Shown here piece by piece: positions 48,935 to 58,800 of a stretch of DNA of 64,000 bases (position 1 is the first letter of the stretch; each line of letters starts with the position of its first letter). A program made the position numbers and the translations under genes. The stretch is from Vulcanimicrobiota bacterium. GTDB lineage: Bacteria; Vulcanimicrobiota; Vulcanimicrobiia; Vulcanimicrobiales; Vulcanimicrobiaceae. The notes beneath the pieces are model-generated. The model was not told where the DNA came from. It worked only from the letters and a program-made list of their open reading frames with translations, and did not search any database. The stretch spans positions 1,664,001-1,728,000 of the forward strand of contig CAVTCS010000003.1 of assembly GCA_963733295.1 (NCBI GenBank), written 5' to 3'.

Positions 48935-49348
48935 TCACCCAGCTACCTGCGTCTGACCTGGTAAGTTTCCGCAGGACCGGCGCAACAATTCGGCGGCGAT
49001 TCCGCCGCCCTCGACGAGGATCGCGTCGAGCAGCGCCCCCGGCTCGATCTCGGTCTCCAGCGGCGTGCCTTCTTCGGCAAGCTTCACGACGCGGCGCACG
49101 CGCGGTGTAATCAAAATTCCATCCCACAACCGGTCCTCGCCGGTGCCTAGCGCTCGCCGGACCTCGAGTTGGAGAAAATTCCGGTCGGCGTGCATTTCGG
49201 TCAAGCGGCGCTCCACGCCGGGATCGTGCTCCTCGAGCAAAGCGTACAGCAAGTGCTCGACCCCAACGTAGTAGTGGTTGTGGTTCCGGCTCGCTTGTTC
49301 GGCCGCGCGTAACGCACGCTTGGCTGAGGAACTGAATCGAGTAAACAC
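48935..49348 (-). CDS. Stand-alone Clp N-terminal domain protein
   Basis: MFTRFSSSAKRAL...HYYVGVEHLLYAL...TPRVRRVV. Confidence 0.85.
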   Translation of the reverse strand: MFTRFSSSAKRALRAAEQASRNHNHYYVGVEHLLYALLEEHDPGVERRLTEMHADRNFLQLEVRRALGTGEDRLWDGILITPRVRRVVKLAEEGTPLETEIEPGALLDAILVEGGGIAAELLRRSCGNLPGQTQVAG

Positions 49349-49367
49349 GTTTAGGGACGGCCTCTTA

Positions 49368-49441
49368 TCGGGGCGGCAGGATTTGAACCTGTGACCTCTG
49401 CGTCCCGAACGCAGCGCTCTACCAAGCTGAGCTACGCCCCG
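49368..49441 (-). tRNA. tRNA-Pro(CGG), CCA not encoded
   Basis: CGGGGCGTAGCTCAGCTTGGTAGAGCG CTGCG-TTCGGGA-CGCAG AGGTCACAGGTTCAAATCCTGCCGCCCCGA. Confidence 0.95.
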
Positions 49442-49550
49442 ATCCCGGCCGCGACCCTCGACCGTTCTCGGGTGCACACCCCGCTCCTTCACTTATCGGC
49501 CCCCCTCCCAGGGCCGCCGCCTCGCACATGAGAAAAGTGAAGTTCGACAT

Positions 49551-50228
49551 ATGAAATACCTGATTGTGGGCTGCGGACGCGTGGGCGCAACCCTGGCAAA
49601 GCTTCTGACCGCCGAAGCCCACGACGTGACGGTCGTCGATGAAAATCCGGCAGCGTTCAAGCGCCTCGGCAGCAACTTCCCCGGCCGAGTCGAGGTCGGG
49701 ACGGGAATCGATTACGACGTCCTCAAGCGTTGCGGCGCGGAGACCGCCGACGGCTTCGTCGCCGTTACCGACGGCGACAACCGGAACGTCATGTCGGCCT
49801 TGATCGCGCAGCGCATGTTCAAGATCAAGAAGATCGTCGCGCGCATCTACGATCCGCCCCGCGGTCAACTCTACCGCGAGCTCGGAATCGAAACGGTCTG
49901 TCCGACGACCCTCGGCGCGAAGATCATTCGCGACAAACTGGCTCACCTGCCGTACGACTCGTCGCCTTCGTTCGATTTCGGCAAGCTCTCGTCGCTCACG
50001 ATCACGCTCGGTGAGGGCGACGACGGGACGCGCGTCGCCGAACTCGAGAAGCCCGGCATCGTGCGCGTCGCCGCGGTGCGCCGCGGCGGCCGCGTGTTCG
50101 TTCCATCGCCCGACGACGTCTTGCACAAAGACGACGAAATCAACGCGATCGTGGCCCCCGAAGGCCTCTCGGAATTCTTCTCGCGCCTCGCTGCGCGATC
50201 GGAGACCGCGCTCGAAGCGGTCATCTGA
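49551..50228 (+). CDS. trkA: TrkA-family potassium uptake RCK protein
   Basis: IVGCGRVG, VAVTDGDNRN, ARIYDP. Confidence 0.9.
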   Translation: MKYLIVGCGRVGATLAKLLTAEAHDVTVVDENPAAFKRLGSNFPGRVEVGTGIDYDVLKRCGAETADGFVAVTDGDNRNVMSALIAQRMFKIKKIVARIYDPPRGQLYRELGIETVCPTTLGAKIIRDKLAHLPYDSSPSFDFGKLSSLTITLGEGDDGTRVAELEKPGIVRVAAVRRGGRVFVPSPDDVLHKDDEINAIVAPEGLSEFFSRLAARSETALEAVI

Positions 50229-50908
50229 TGTTCATCATCATCGCCGGCGGCGGCAAGGTCGGCACGTATCTTGCGCGCGCGCTGCTGACGCAGGATCATG
50301 AGGTCGTCGTCATCGAGAAGGTGCCGTCGAAGGCGCAGCGCATGGCCGACATTCTCGAATCCGACGTCACCGTGATCGGCGACGCATGCGATCCGCTCGT
50401 TCTCGACCAAGCCGGCATCGAGCGCGCCGACGTCGTCGTCGCCGATACCGGAGACGACGAGGACAACCTCGTCATCTGCTTGATCGCCAAGAAACGTTCG
50501 AAGGCTCGCTGCATCGCACGCGTCAACAATCCCAAGAACAAGGCGATCTTCGAATCGATCGACCGCGATAAGCCGATCACGCTGGTCTCGTCGACGGAAG
50601 TGATCCTCGATGCGATCAACGATCAAGTGAACACCGAGTTCTCGATCATCACGCGGCTCAAAGACGGCGCCCTCGAGTTGGTCAAGCTGGGCGTCCCGCA
50701 CGACTCGCCCGCCAACGGCAAGCGCATCGTCGACGTCGGCATGCCGCGCTCGAGCATCGTGGTCGCCATCGATCGTAAAGGCACCGATTTGCTCATTCCG
50801 ACCGGCGACACCGAACTTCAAGCCGGCGATCACGTCATCGTGATGGTTAAAAAAGTCAACCGCGAAGACGTGCGCGCGGCGCTAGTCGGAGTTAAGACTC
50901 CGGCCTAG
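50228..50908 (+). CDS. trkA: TrkA-family potassium uptake RCK protein (second)
   Basis: IAGGGKVG, DTGDDEDNL, ARVNNPKN, TrkA-C domain. Confidence 0.9.
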   Translation: MFIIIAGGGKVGTYLARALLTQDHEVVVIEKVPSKAQRMADILESDVTVIGDACDPLVLDQAGIERADVVVADTGDDEDNLVICLIAKKRSKARCIARVNNPKNKAIFESIDRDKPITLVSSTEVILDAINDQVNTEFSIITRLKDGALELVKLGVPHDSPANGKRIVDVGMPRSSIVVAIDRKGTDLLIPTGDTELQAGDHVIVMVKKVNREDVRAALVGVKTPA

Positions 50909-51357
50909 CTTCCCTTCGCAAAGGCATCTGCCATGATCTTCGTGAGATCCGCTTGCGACGCTTCCCGTTTTGTATTTTGGAAGCTCGCCACGTACCAATT
51001 CGTTCCATCGCGTTCGAAGACCATCGTCGCGACCGTGCGGATGAGCCCTTTCACAGGCCCTGCCGGCACGTGTAACTCACCTGGAACGATCGCGACGATA
51101 ACATTCGGTGACAATACCCGGACGTGTTCGATTGAAAACTTGAGCGTGCTCCCGGCGTACGGTCCTTTGAAAATGATGCCGTGCATCCCAACGACTGCGG
51201 TGCGCCCTTTGACATACATTCCGAGCAAATTGATGAAATCGACGTCCGGAGCGCAGCGCGCGGCAAAGGCTTCGCCATCGGCGCGATTCCACGCTGCGTT
51301 CAGGGCATCGATCGTCGGCTGAAGCGAATCCTTAGCGAAGGACAAGTCCACGAGCAC
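50905..51357 (-). CDS. SgcJ/EcaC (SnoaL/DUF4440, NTF2-like) protein
   Basis: AWNRADGEAFA...DVDFINLLG...GR...WYVASFQNT. Confidence 0.8.
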   Translation of the reverse strand: MLVDLSFAKDSLQPTIDALNAAWNRADGEAFAARCAPDVDFINLLGMYVKGRTAVVGMHGIIFKGPYAGSTLKFSIEHVRVLSPNVIVAIVPGELHVPAGPVKGLIRTVATMVFERDGTNWYVASFQNTKREASQADLTKIMADAFAKGS

Positions 51358-51381
51358 CTCCCAAACTTAGTCCACGCAAGC

Positions 51382-52020
51382 TTAAATGAGTCCCCGGCGT
51401 AGCGCGACGACCGCGGCTTGCGTGCGATCCGAAGCGGCAAGCTTTTCGAGGATGTCGCGGATGTGGCCCTTCACGGTTCCGAGGCCGATGGAAAGACCGA
51501 GCGCGATCTCGCCGTTGCCGCGGCCGTCGGCGATCATGCGCAAAACCTCGGTCTCGCGCTTCGTCAACGGCGAATCGGTAACGGTCGCGCGCACGGCTCC
51601 CAGGTGGCGCATCACGGCACTTGCAACCTTCGGATCGAAATAGACGCCGCCGTCGGCGGCGGCGCGCACCGCCGCGACGACCTGGTCGAGCCGCGACGTC
51701 TTGAGCGAATACGCGTCGGCCCCAGCCGAAAGCGCGGCCAGCACCTCGTTCTCGAGATCGTGCACGGTTAAGATCGCGACGCGCGTCTGCGGTGAGACGA
51801 GCCGCACGCGCCGGGTCAACTCGATCCCATCGATTCCGGGCAGCCCGATGTCGATCACCGCGACATCGGGTTTGTGGCGCTCGACCGCTTGGAGGCCGCT
51901 CGGACCGTCGCCGGCTTCAGCCACGACACGTAAGTCCTCCGTCGCATCCAGCGCCGTTCGCAGGCCCGCGCGCGTCAGTGCGTGGTCTTCGACCAGAACG
52001 ATCGTGCGCGCTTCGCTCAC
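51382..52020 (-). CDS. NarL/LuxR-family response regulator
   Basis: LVEDH, DIGLPGIDG, LTKRETEVL...TVKGHIRDILEKL. Confidence 0.92.
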   Translation of the reverse strand: MSEARTIVLVEDHALTRAGLRTALDATEDLRVVAEAGDGPSGLQAVERHKPDVAVIDIGLPGIDGIELTRRVRLVSPQTRVAILTVHDLENEVLAALSAGADAYSLKTSRLDQVVAAVRAAADGGVYFDPKVASAVMRHLGAVRATVTDSPLTKRETEVLRMIADGRGNGEIALGLSIGLGTVKGHIRDILEKLAASDRTQAAVVALRRGLI

Positions 52021-53594
52021 GCGGGGACCTTCACGTGGTGGAGTGGGAGCGTCAACGTGAACGTACTTCCGCCGCCCTCGCGCGGCGCGTAGAGGATCGA
52101 ACCCCCATGACTCTCGGCGATGCGCCGCACGATGTAGAGACCGAGTCCCGAACCCGCACCCGCCCGCCGCGTGCCGCTCATCCGCTCGAAAAGAAGGCTG
52201 CGTTCGCTTTCCGGAACGCCGAAGCCGGTATCGGCAACCACGACTTGCGTGGATCCGCCGCGTTCGACGGCCTGCACGTCGATGCTGCCACCGGCCGGCG
52301 TAAAGGCAATCGCGTTCGCGACGAGATTGACGAGCGCGCGGCGCAGCTCGCCGGCGTCGCCCAGCGTGGCCGCCGCGTCCTGCGTTCGAGCGGCGAGCGC
52401 GATCGGCTTTCCAGTCCAGAGCGGTTCGAGTTCGTCGACGACGCTGCGAACGAGCGGGGCGAGCTCCACGTGCTCGCGTTGCGTCGACTGATCGCCGGAC
52501 TCGTAGCGCGAGACGAGCAACAAGGTTTCGGCCAAGCGCTGCAGTTCGTCGTTCGACTGCAGCGATCGTTCGAGCAGCTCGCGATACGTCCGCGGCAATT
52601 CGCCGTAGGCACCGGCCAACGCTTGGCGCATCGTCATCCCCGCTGCCACCAGCGGCGTGCGAAGGTCGTGAGACAAGGCGTACACGATGTCGCGGATGAC
52701 GTTCGTCCGCTCGCTCAACGCAGCGTTGGCCGCAGCGAGTTCTTCGTTCCGGCCGGAGATCATGACGAAGAGACGCGCTTGGGCGAGAGCGATGGCGGCC
52801 TGGTCCGCATAGTAGAGCAGTCCCTCCTCAAACGCCGGCTCGAACTCGCGATAATCGCGTTGCAAGACGAGCACGCCGAAGATCGTTTCGTGTTCGAGGA
52901 GCGGCGCTGCGATTGCGGCATGCGAACCCAGCGTCTCGAGCAGCAGCCGTCCGAGCACGTCACCCTCGCTCGGCCTCAAGATCGTTCGTTCGTCGGAGAC
53001 GTGTTGCAGCAAAGACAAAACGGCGCTCGGCGGACGTTCGAGGAGTTCTTCGATCTCGAGATTCCCGCGCGTTGCGACGAAGGTGGTCGGTCGATCCAAT
53101 CCCGCCTCGAAGACGTACAGCCGGGCGCGATCGACGTCGAGTGCGGCGCACGCTTCGCGCACGGTCGCCCGTTCGATCAGTTCGACGTTCATCGAGGCGC
53201 GGATCGCTTCGACGGCCCGCCGCAGCCCGCGCTCGCGCAAGGTCCGGCGCTCGCGTGCCGCCGCTTCGCCCGCTTCTTTTCCGGCGCGTTGCGTCGCGAT
53301 GCTGAGACTGCCCACGAGCAAGAACGAAAGGCCAACGATGACGCGATTCGCGAGCGCGATCGAGTCCCAGTGGTTGCCCGCGAAGAGCCCGTCGAAATAT
53401 CCGGCGGCTACATCCTCGACGAGCGCGAGAAAGACCAAGAGCCGGCTGAAGCGGGGATCGAAGGCGAGGCTGGAGAGCGCGATCGGAGCGTTGAGCAAGA
53501 TCGCCGCGACGAAGAGCTGCGGCGTTACGAGATCGAGGATCAACGCTGCGACGAGCAGCACGATGCAGGCGGGGCGAATCCAGCGTCGGGGCAC
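52017..53594 (-). CDS. Membrane sensor histidine kinase (TM bundle-GAF-HisKA-HATPase); alternative start 53657
   Basis: N-terminal TMs, GAF, SHDLRTPL, NLVANA, DTGFG, GSGLGL. Confidence 0.9.
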   Translation of the reverse strand: MPRRWIRPACIVLLVAALILDLVTPQLFVAAILLNAPIALSSLAFDPRFSRLLVFLALVEDVAAGYFDGLFAGNHWDSIALANRVIVGLSFLLVGSLSIATQRAGKEAGEAAARERRTLRERGLRRAVEAIRASMNVELIERATVREACAALDVDRARLYVFEAGLDRPTTFVATRGNLEIEELLERPPSAVLSLLQHVSDERTILRPSEGDVLGRLLLETLGSHAAIAAPLLEHETIFGVLVLQRDYREFEPAFEEGLLYYADQAAIALAQARLFVMISGRNEELAAANAALSERTNVIRDIVYALSHDLRTPLVAAGMTMRQALAGAYGELPRTYRELLERSLQSNDELQRLAETLLLVSRYESGDQSTQREHVELAPLVRSVVDELEPLWTGKPIALAARTQDAAATLGDAGELRRALVNLVANAIAFTPAGGSIDVQAVERGGSTQVVVADTGFGVPESERSLLFERMSGTRRAGAGSGLGLYIVRRIAESHGGSILYAPREGGGSTFTLTLPLHHVKVPA

Positions 53595-53662
53595 ACCCTC
53601 GCGTTCGCGAGCACCGGCGCGCCTCCCCGGGGCTCGGACCTCTCGAGCGAGAAGCATCGGCC

Positions 53663-55774
53663 GTGAGCGAGCAACGGACTCGGCCGACTCCCGAAGCGCT
53701 TCTCAAGGAATTCGGCGGCACACCGCGCCTGACGGTTTATCTCGCGATCGCACCCGGTGCCGGAAAGACAAGGCGACTCCTCGAGGACGCCGTCCACGCC
53801 CAAGAGACGGGGCTACGCGTATCGATCGGCTGGGTCGAGACGAAGGGCCGTCCCGATCTCGACCGGCTCGCTGCCAGAATTCCGCGTATTCCGCGACGCA
53901 CCGTGCAAGTCGGCGGCTCGGAGTTCAGCGACTTCGATTTCGAGCGCGCGCTCGAGTTGAAACCACAGTTGATCGTTCTCGACGAGCTGGCCCATACCAA
54001 TCTTCCCGGAGGCGCGCATGCCAAGCGATGGCAAGACGCGCTCGCGTTGCGGGCTGCGGGGATCTCGGTCAGCGGCGCATTTAACATTCAGCACCTCGAA
54101 ACCGCGGCCGCCACCGCCGAAGGGCTGATCGGTCACCCCGTCCGCGAGATCGTGCCGCTCTCGTTCTTGCGTGAAGCCGACGAGGTCGTCGCGCTCGACG
54201 TGTCGCTGGAACAGCTCGAGGCTCGTCTGAAGGCGGGCTCGGTCGTGCCGAGCGACGACATCGCGCGCGCTCGAAACGGCATCTTTCGGCCTTCGACCCT
54301 GCGCGCGCTGCGCGAGATCATGCTTCACACGATCGACGACCTCACGGTCCCCGAAGTCACGCCGCGCAAGACCTCGACGGTGCTCGCGCTGGCGACCGGT
54401 GACGGCGATCTGGCTGCTTTCCTGCGTAAAAGTGCGAGCGTCGCCGACGCACTCGATCTCGCGCTCGACGTCGCGCTGATCGGCGAGCGTAATATCGACG
54501 CCTTGGCGGAACTGAGCAAACAGTACGACGCTTCGGTCGTGCCGCTGGAAGCGTTCGACCCCGCCAAGCCCGAGCTCCACGACGTCAAGGCGACCTTGAT
54601 CGCGGCGCCGCGCGGGGCGCTTGCGAGCAAACTCGTCAGCCGCTCGATCGAGCGAGACGTTTTCGTCGTCGACCCGATGCCGGGCGTGGTCGGCGACCGC
54701 GAACTGACCTTTTCGCGCATCGCGCAGACAGCGGCCGACCGGATGCGGATCGGCTACGGCCGTCTAACGATTTATCTCGGAGCGGCCGCCGGAAGCGGCA
54801 AGACCTACGCGATGCTCGACCGCGCGCATCAAATGAAGGAAGCGGGGATCGACGTCGTCGGGGGACTGATCGAAACGCACGGCCGCAGCGATACCGAAAA
54901 GAAAGCCGAAGGGCTCGAAATCCTGCCGCGGCGCTTAGCCGATTGCGACGGCACCAAGTCGAGCGAACTCGATCTCGACGCCCTCCTGGCGCGCCGCCCG
55001 GCGGTCGCGCTCATCGACGAGCTAGCGCACACGAATGCCGCCTGTGACGCCCACGCCAAGCGCTACGACGACGTTCTGCAGATCCTGCGGGCCGGAATAT
55101 CGGTTATCACCACGCTCAACATCCAGCATCTCGAAGGCCTCAACGACGCGGTCTTCCGTCTCACCGGTCAGCGCGTCCGGGAGACCGTTCCGGACGACAT
55201 CCTGAGCATTGCCGACGAGGTCATCCTGATCGACACGACGCCGGCCACGCTGCGCGAGCGCCTGCGTAACGGCAAGATCTACGGACCCGAGAAGATCGAG
55301 GACGCGCTTTCGCACTTCTTCCGTGCCGAAAACCTCGGCGCGTTGCGGGAGCTCGCGTTGCGGGAAGTGGTTCGCGCTCGCGGCACGCGAAGGCCCGCAC
55401 CTTTTTCCCGGATCGTGCTCGGCGTGAAAGCTCGCGAACGCGACATCGAGCTGATCGAACGAAGCGCGCGCATCGCGCTCAGGCTCGAGATCGATCTGTA
55501 CGTCGTCCACGTCGCCAAGAACGCCACGGACAGCCAGTCGCGCGTCGTCGACGCCCTGGCCGACGCCACGCGACGCGTTCGCGGGCGTTGGAGCGTCGTC
55601 TTGGGGAGCGATCCGGCAAAGGCACTCGTCGAATTCACGCACGAATCGGGGGGCACGATCACGGTCGAGGGCGCGCGCAAGTCACCGCTCTGGATCTCCG
55701 GCCGGCTTCCGTTAGCGCGCAGGCTCCTCGAAGCCGGTGCGCGTCAGCTCCTCGTGCTCGCACCGGCAAACTAA
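53663..55774 (+). CDS. kdpD: Soluble KdpD N-terminal sensor protein with two tandem KdpD(+USP-like) modules; no TM or kinase domain
   Basis: Copy 1: YLAIAPGAGKT, VLDELAHTN, KRWQD, FNIQHLE. Copy 2: YLGAAAGSGKTYAML, IDELAHTN, KRYDDV, LNIQHLEGLND. Confidence 0.88.
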   Translation: MSEQRTRPTPEALLKEFGGTPRLTVYLAIAPGAGKTRRLLEDAVHAQETGLRVSIGWVETKGRPDLDRLAARIPRIPRRTVQVGGSEFSDFDFERALELKPQLIVLDELAHTNLPGGAHAKRWQDALALRAAGISVSGAFNIQHLETAAATAEGLIGHPVREIVPLSFLREADEVVALDVSLEQLEARLKAGSVVPSDDIARARNGIFRPSTLRALREIMLHTIDDLTVPEVTPRKTSTVLALATGDGDLAAFLRKSASVADALDLALDVALIGERNIDALAELSKQYDASVVPLEAFDPAKPELHDVKATLIAAPRGALASKLVSRSIERDVFVVDPMPGVVGDRELTFSRIAQTAADRMRIGYGRLTIYLGAAAGSGKTYAMLDRAHQMKEAGIDVVGGLIETHGRSDTEKKAEGLEILPRRLADCDGTKSSELDLDALLARRPAVALIDELAHTNAACDAHAKRYDDVLQILRAGISVITTLNIQHLEGLNDAVFRLTGQRVRETVPDDILSIADEVILIDTTPATLRERLRNGKIYGPEKIEDALSHFFRAENLGALRELALREVVRARGTRRPAPFSRIVLGVKARERDIELIERSARIALRLEIDLYVVHVAKNATDSQSRVVDALADATRRVRGRWSVVLGSDPAKALVEFTHESGGTITVEGARKSPLWISGRLPLARRLLEAGARQLLVLAPAN

Positions 55775-55808
55775 AAGCGGCGCCGGCTCCGCGAGCCGGC
55801 GCCGCTTT
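55774..55808. terminator. Bidirectional intrinsic terminator-like hairpin
   Basis: AAAGCGGCGCCGGCTC-CGC-GAGCCGGCGCCGCTTT perfect inverted repeat between convergent genes. Confidence 0.8.
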
Positions 55809-55824
55809 CAGGTTTGGTCTTGGG

Positions 55825-58800
55825 TTAGAGCTTCAGCTGGTAGTAGACTTGGAACGCGAACGGTTGCAGCGGGGCAATGAGCGGGCCGCCGGCCGTCGTG
55901 AAGCTCCCGTTCGAGAGGATGTACGCGCCGTTACTGTACGCGTACGATTCATGCGGGATGTTGGAGCACCCGCGAGCCGAACCGAATCCGCCCGCAGATT
56001 GCGGAATGCAGTTCGCGTTGTAACTCGTCTGCGGACCCGACACGCCGGTCGTTACCGGCTGGTAATACGGGTTGACTGCCGGCACCGAGTTGATGAACCC
56101 ATTTCCGAATAGGTTGACGAACTGGATGCCGACCGTGCTCGACTTGATCGCGTATTGCAAGGTCAGACCAGCTTGCAAGTTGATCGCCGAGAGGAAACCA
56201 CCGTATGCAGGAGTCTGGCTGACGCCACGGGTGCCCGCGATATTAGGATTGAAGTTCGTACCAGGAAACGCCGGATCGTAGTACGCGGTGGACAGATTGG
56301 CACCGCTCGTGGTGTACAGTCCGTTGTTGACCTGGGGTGAACCGCATCCGAAATTCACGAGCTGGATGTTGACGTTCTTCCCCTCGCAAGTCGCGGCGAT
56401 GAGATTACCCGCCGTGTACGGATATCCAACGTCCATTTGGAGGACCGGCGTAGCGCTGAAGCCGCTGGCCGTCTTGTACGTCGTGCCGAGACGCATCGAA
56501 AACGGCGAAACGTAGCCGGCTCGATAGAGGTTTCCGAGCGCGAGCGTCGCTGGCGCCAGAAGCGGCACGTTCGTCTCGTTGACCGAGAGAGGGGGGGTCG
56601 TGCTGAGCACGTTCTGATAGGTGGCTGCGAAGAAGCCGGACAAGCCGACGGCCTTCGTCGGCGTCGTCAAGTCGAACTCGACGCCCGTCGTTTTGTTGTA
56701 GCCCCGATTGTCCGTACCGAAGATGTCCTGGCCGTTTGGAAGCTGCGCGATCAAGCCGGCTGCCGGCAGGTTCGAGCCTATTTTGAAGAAGCCCACGACA
56801 CGCGAACCCCAGCCGTTTTTGAACGCGTGGTTGAAGCTCAGGTCGTAGTTGTTGTAGAGGGCTGGTTCCGAGCCGCCCGCATCGGGCGCTTCCACGGCGT
56901 CACCTTGCCAGTACAACTGCTGCGAGTAGAACGCGCAGGGGACGGCGTTTCCGCTGATGGCCCCGAAACACGTCGCACCCGGCTTGGCCGGAATCTTCGT
57001 ATATGGCGCGAGATTGTAGAGGTTGAACGGCGTGCCGCCGGTCTGCGCGTTGATGAATACGGCCGAACGTCCGTACGACGCACGGACCGAGTTCGTCGTA
57101 TTGAGCTGATAGCTGATGCCGATCCGCGGTTCCCATTCCGTCGGGTTCAGGAACGCGCTCGTCCAAGACGAGGGAAGAACCGAGTACGGACCACCCGGCG
57201 TATTAGACGGAATTCCTTGCCCGTACTGGTCGAGCTGGTTGAACCAGTGACCGTTCTGACCTTCGTAGCGGACACCCGCGTCGATGTGCATCGCCGCCGT
57301 CGGCGTGTACTGGAAGCGAACGCCCATTCCGTAGTTCTGGAAGAGGGTCTTCTGGTAATTGATTCCCCACATCGGAATGCGCGGCACCGCTTCACCCTTG
57401 CTGGTGAAGTAGTTGTAGATGTAGCCGCCCGGCAACCAGTCCGACGTATTGGGCTGGGTCGCCGCGTCGGTGAACTGATTGACGGCGAAGAAACCGATCT
57501 GCGGCTGGTAGTCATCCCAGACCGGGTGCTGGCCTTCGTACTTGCCGTTGAGCGAAACGAGCAAATTCGAGGCGAATTGATGGGAGACGTCGAGCGACAT
57601 TCCCGTGGTGGGGCCGCCGACGTGCTGCTGGACGGAGATGCCGGACAGGCCGGGCCCGATGCTGTACGAGTTATCGTTGTCGAGGTATTGCGCCCAGTTG
57701 TAGTAACGCAGCGCTAGGAACGTGGTCGAATTCAGATTGTTGTCGTATTCGAACTTTAGGAACCCAGTGTTCAGCGACGCATTCTGCTGCGGCTGGTTGA
57801 TCGTTTGATTCGTAGCCGGCACACCGGGCGCCAATCCGATGAGACTCGCATACTGTGCGGGCGTATATCCGGTGAGGCCGTAATACCCGCCCTGAGTCAG
57901 AGTGTCGTACGGGTAGTACGCCAGGCCGTTCGGGTTCGATTCGGCGTTGTAGGGCAAGCCCCCGTTGGGGATGCCGCCCAGATTGCCGGTCTGTATCTGG
58001 CTGATGTTCGTGTAGAGAATCTGCAGCGACTGTGCTTGATTCTTACCGAACTTAAAGATGAAATTGTTGGTGAACTGGTTGTTGGACGTATATTGGTTTT
58101 GGAAATAGGCGCCTAACGAGCCGGCATTCTGTTGCGAATAGCCGAAGTACGGCGCGTATCGCTGGCCGGTATACGCGATGTAGTCGGAAATCGCGCCGTT
58201 CGCCGTCGCGAGGCCTTCCTCAAACGCGAACTGATGGTTGAAATTCGGGCCGCCCGCTTCGAGATCGACGAAGCCGAAACCCGGATACGTGCCGCGCTTC
58301 GGAATGACGTTGATGACGCCCGAACCGACGTTGCCTTGGGTGGCGTCGCCGGCACCCTCGACGACCTGAACCGAGCCCAGGCCGTTGACGAGGCCGTTCG
58401 ATCCGTTGTTGGAAAGGAACGGCTCGGTGAAGCTGACGCCGTCGTACTGGTAGCCGACCTCGCGCGAGGCGCCGCCACGAATCGTGGGCATGCCCGCGTT
58501 GGTCAAGGTCACGCCGGGAACGGCCAACAGCACGTTGTTCTCGTTCGTGGTCGCCAGCTTACCGGTCGATTGCAGAATACGGTTCTGGTCGACCGTGAAC
58601 GTATCGGTCGTCTGCGTCGGCTGGAACGCGCCGGCTTGCGAGCGAGCCGTCACATGGCCGATTTCCTTTTCCTTGCCGAGCGGGATGACCCCCATACCCT
58701 GCGTTTGGTCGCCGACAACCGTAACGCCGGCGAAAGTCGCGGGGAGATAGCCGGGCTCCTCGATCGTGACCAGATACGTGTCGACCGGCATACCGAGAAT

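Noticed and set aside
51792..54084. Long antisense and alternate-frame ORFs here and throughout the window
   Set aside because: Expected in high-GC DNA. They are Arg/Ala/Pro-rich, lack motifs and overlap well-supported genes.
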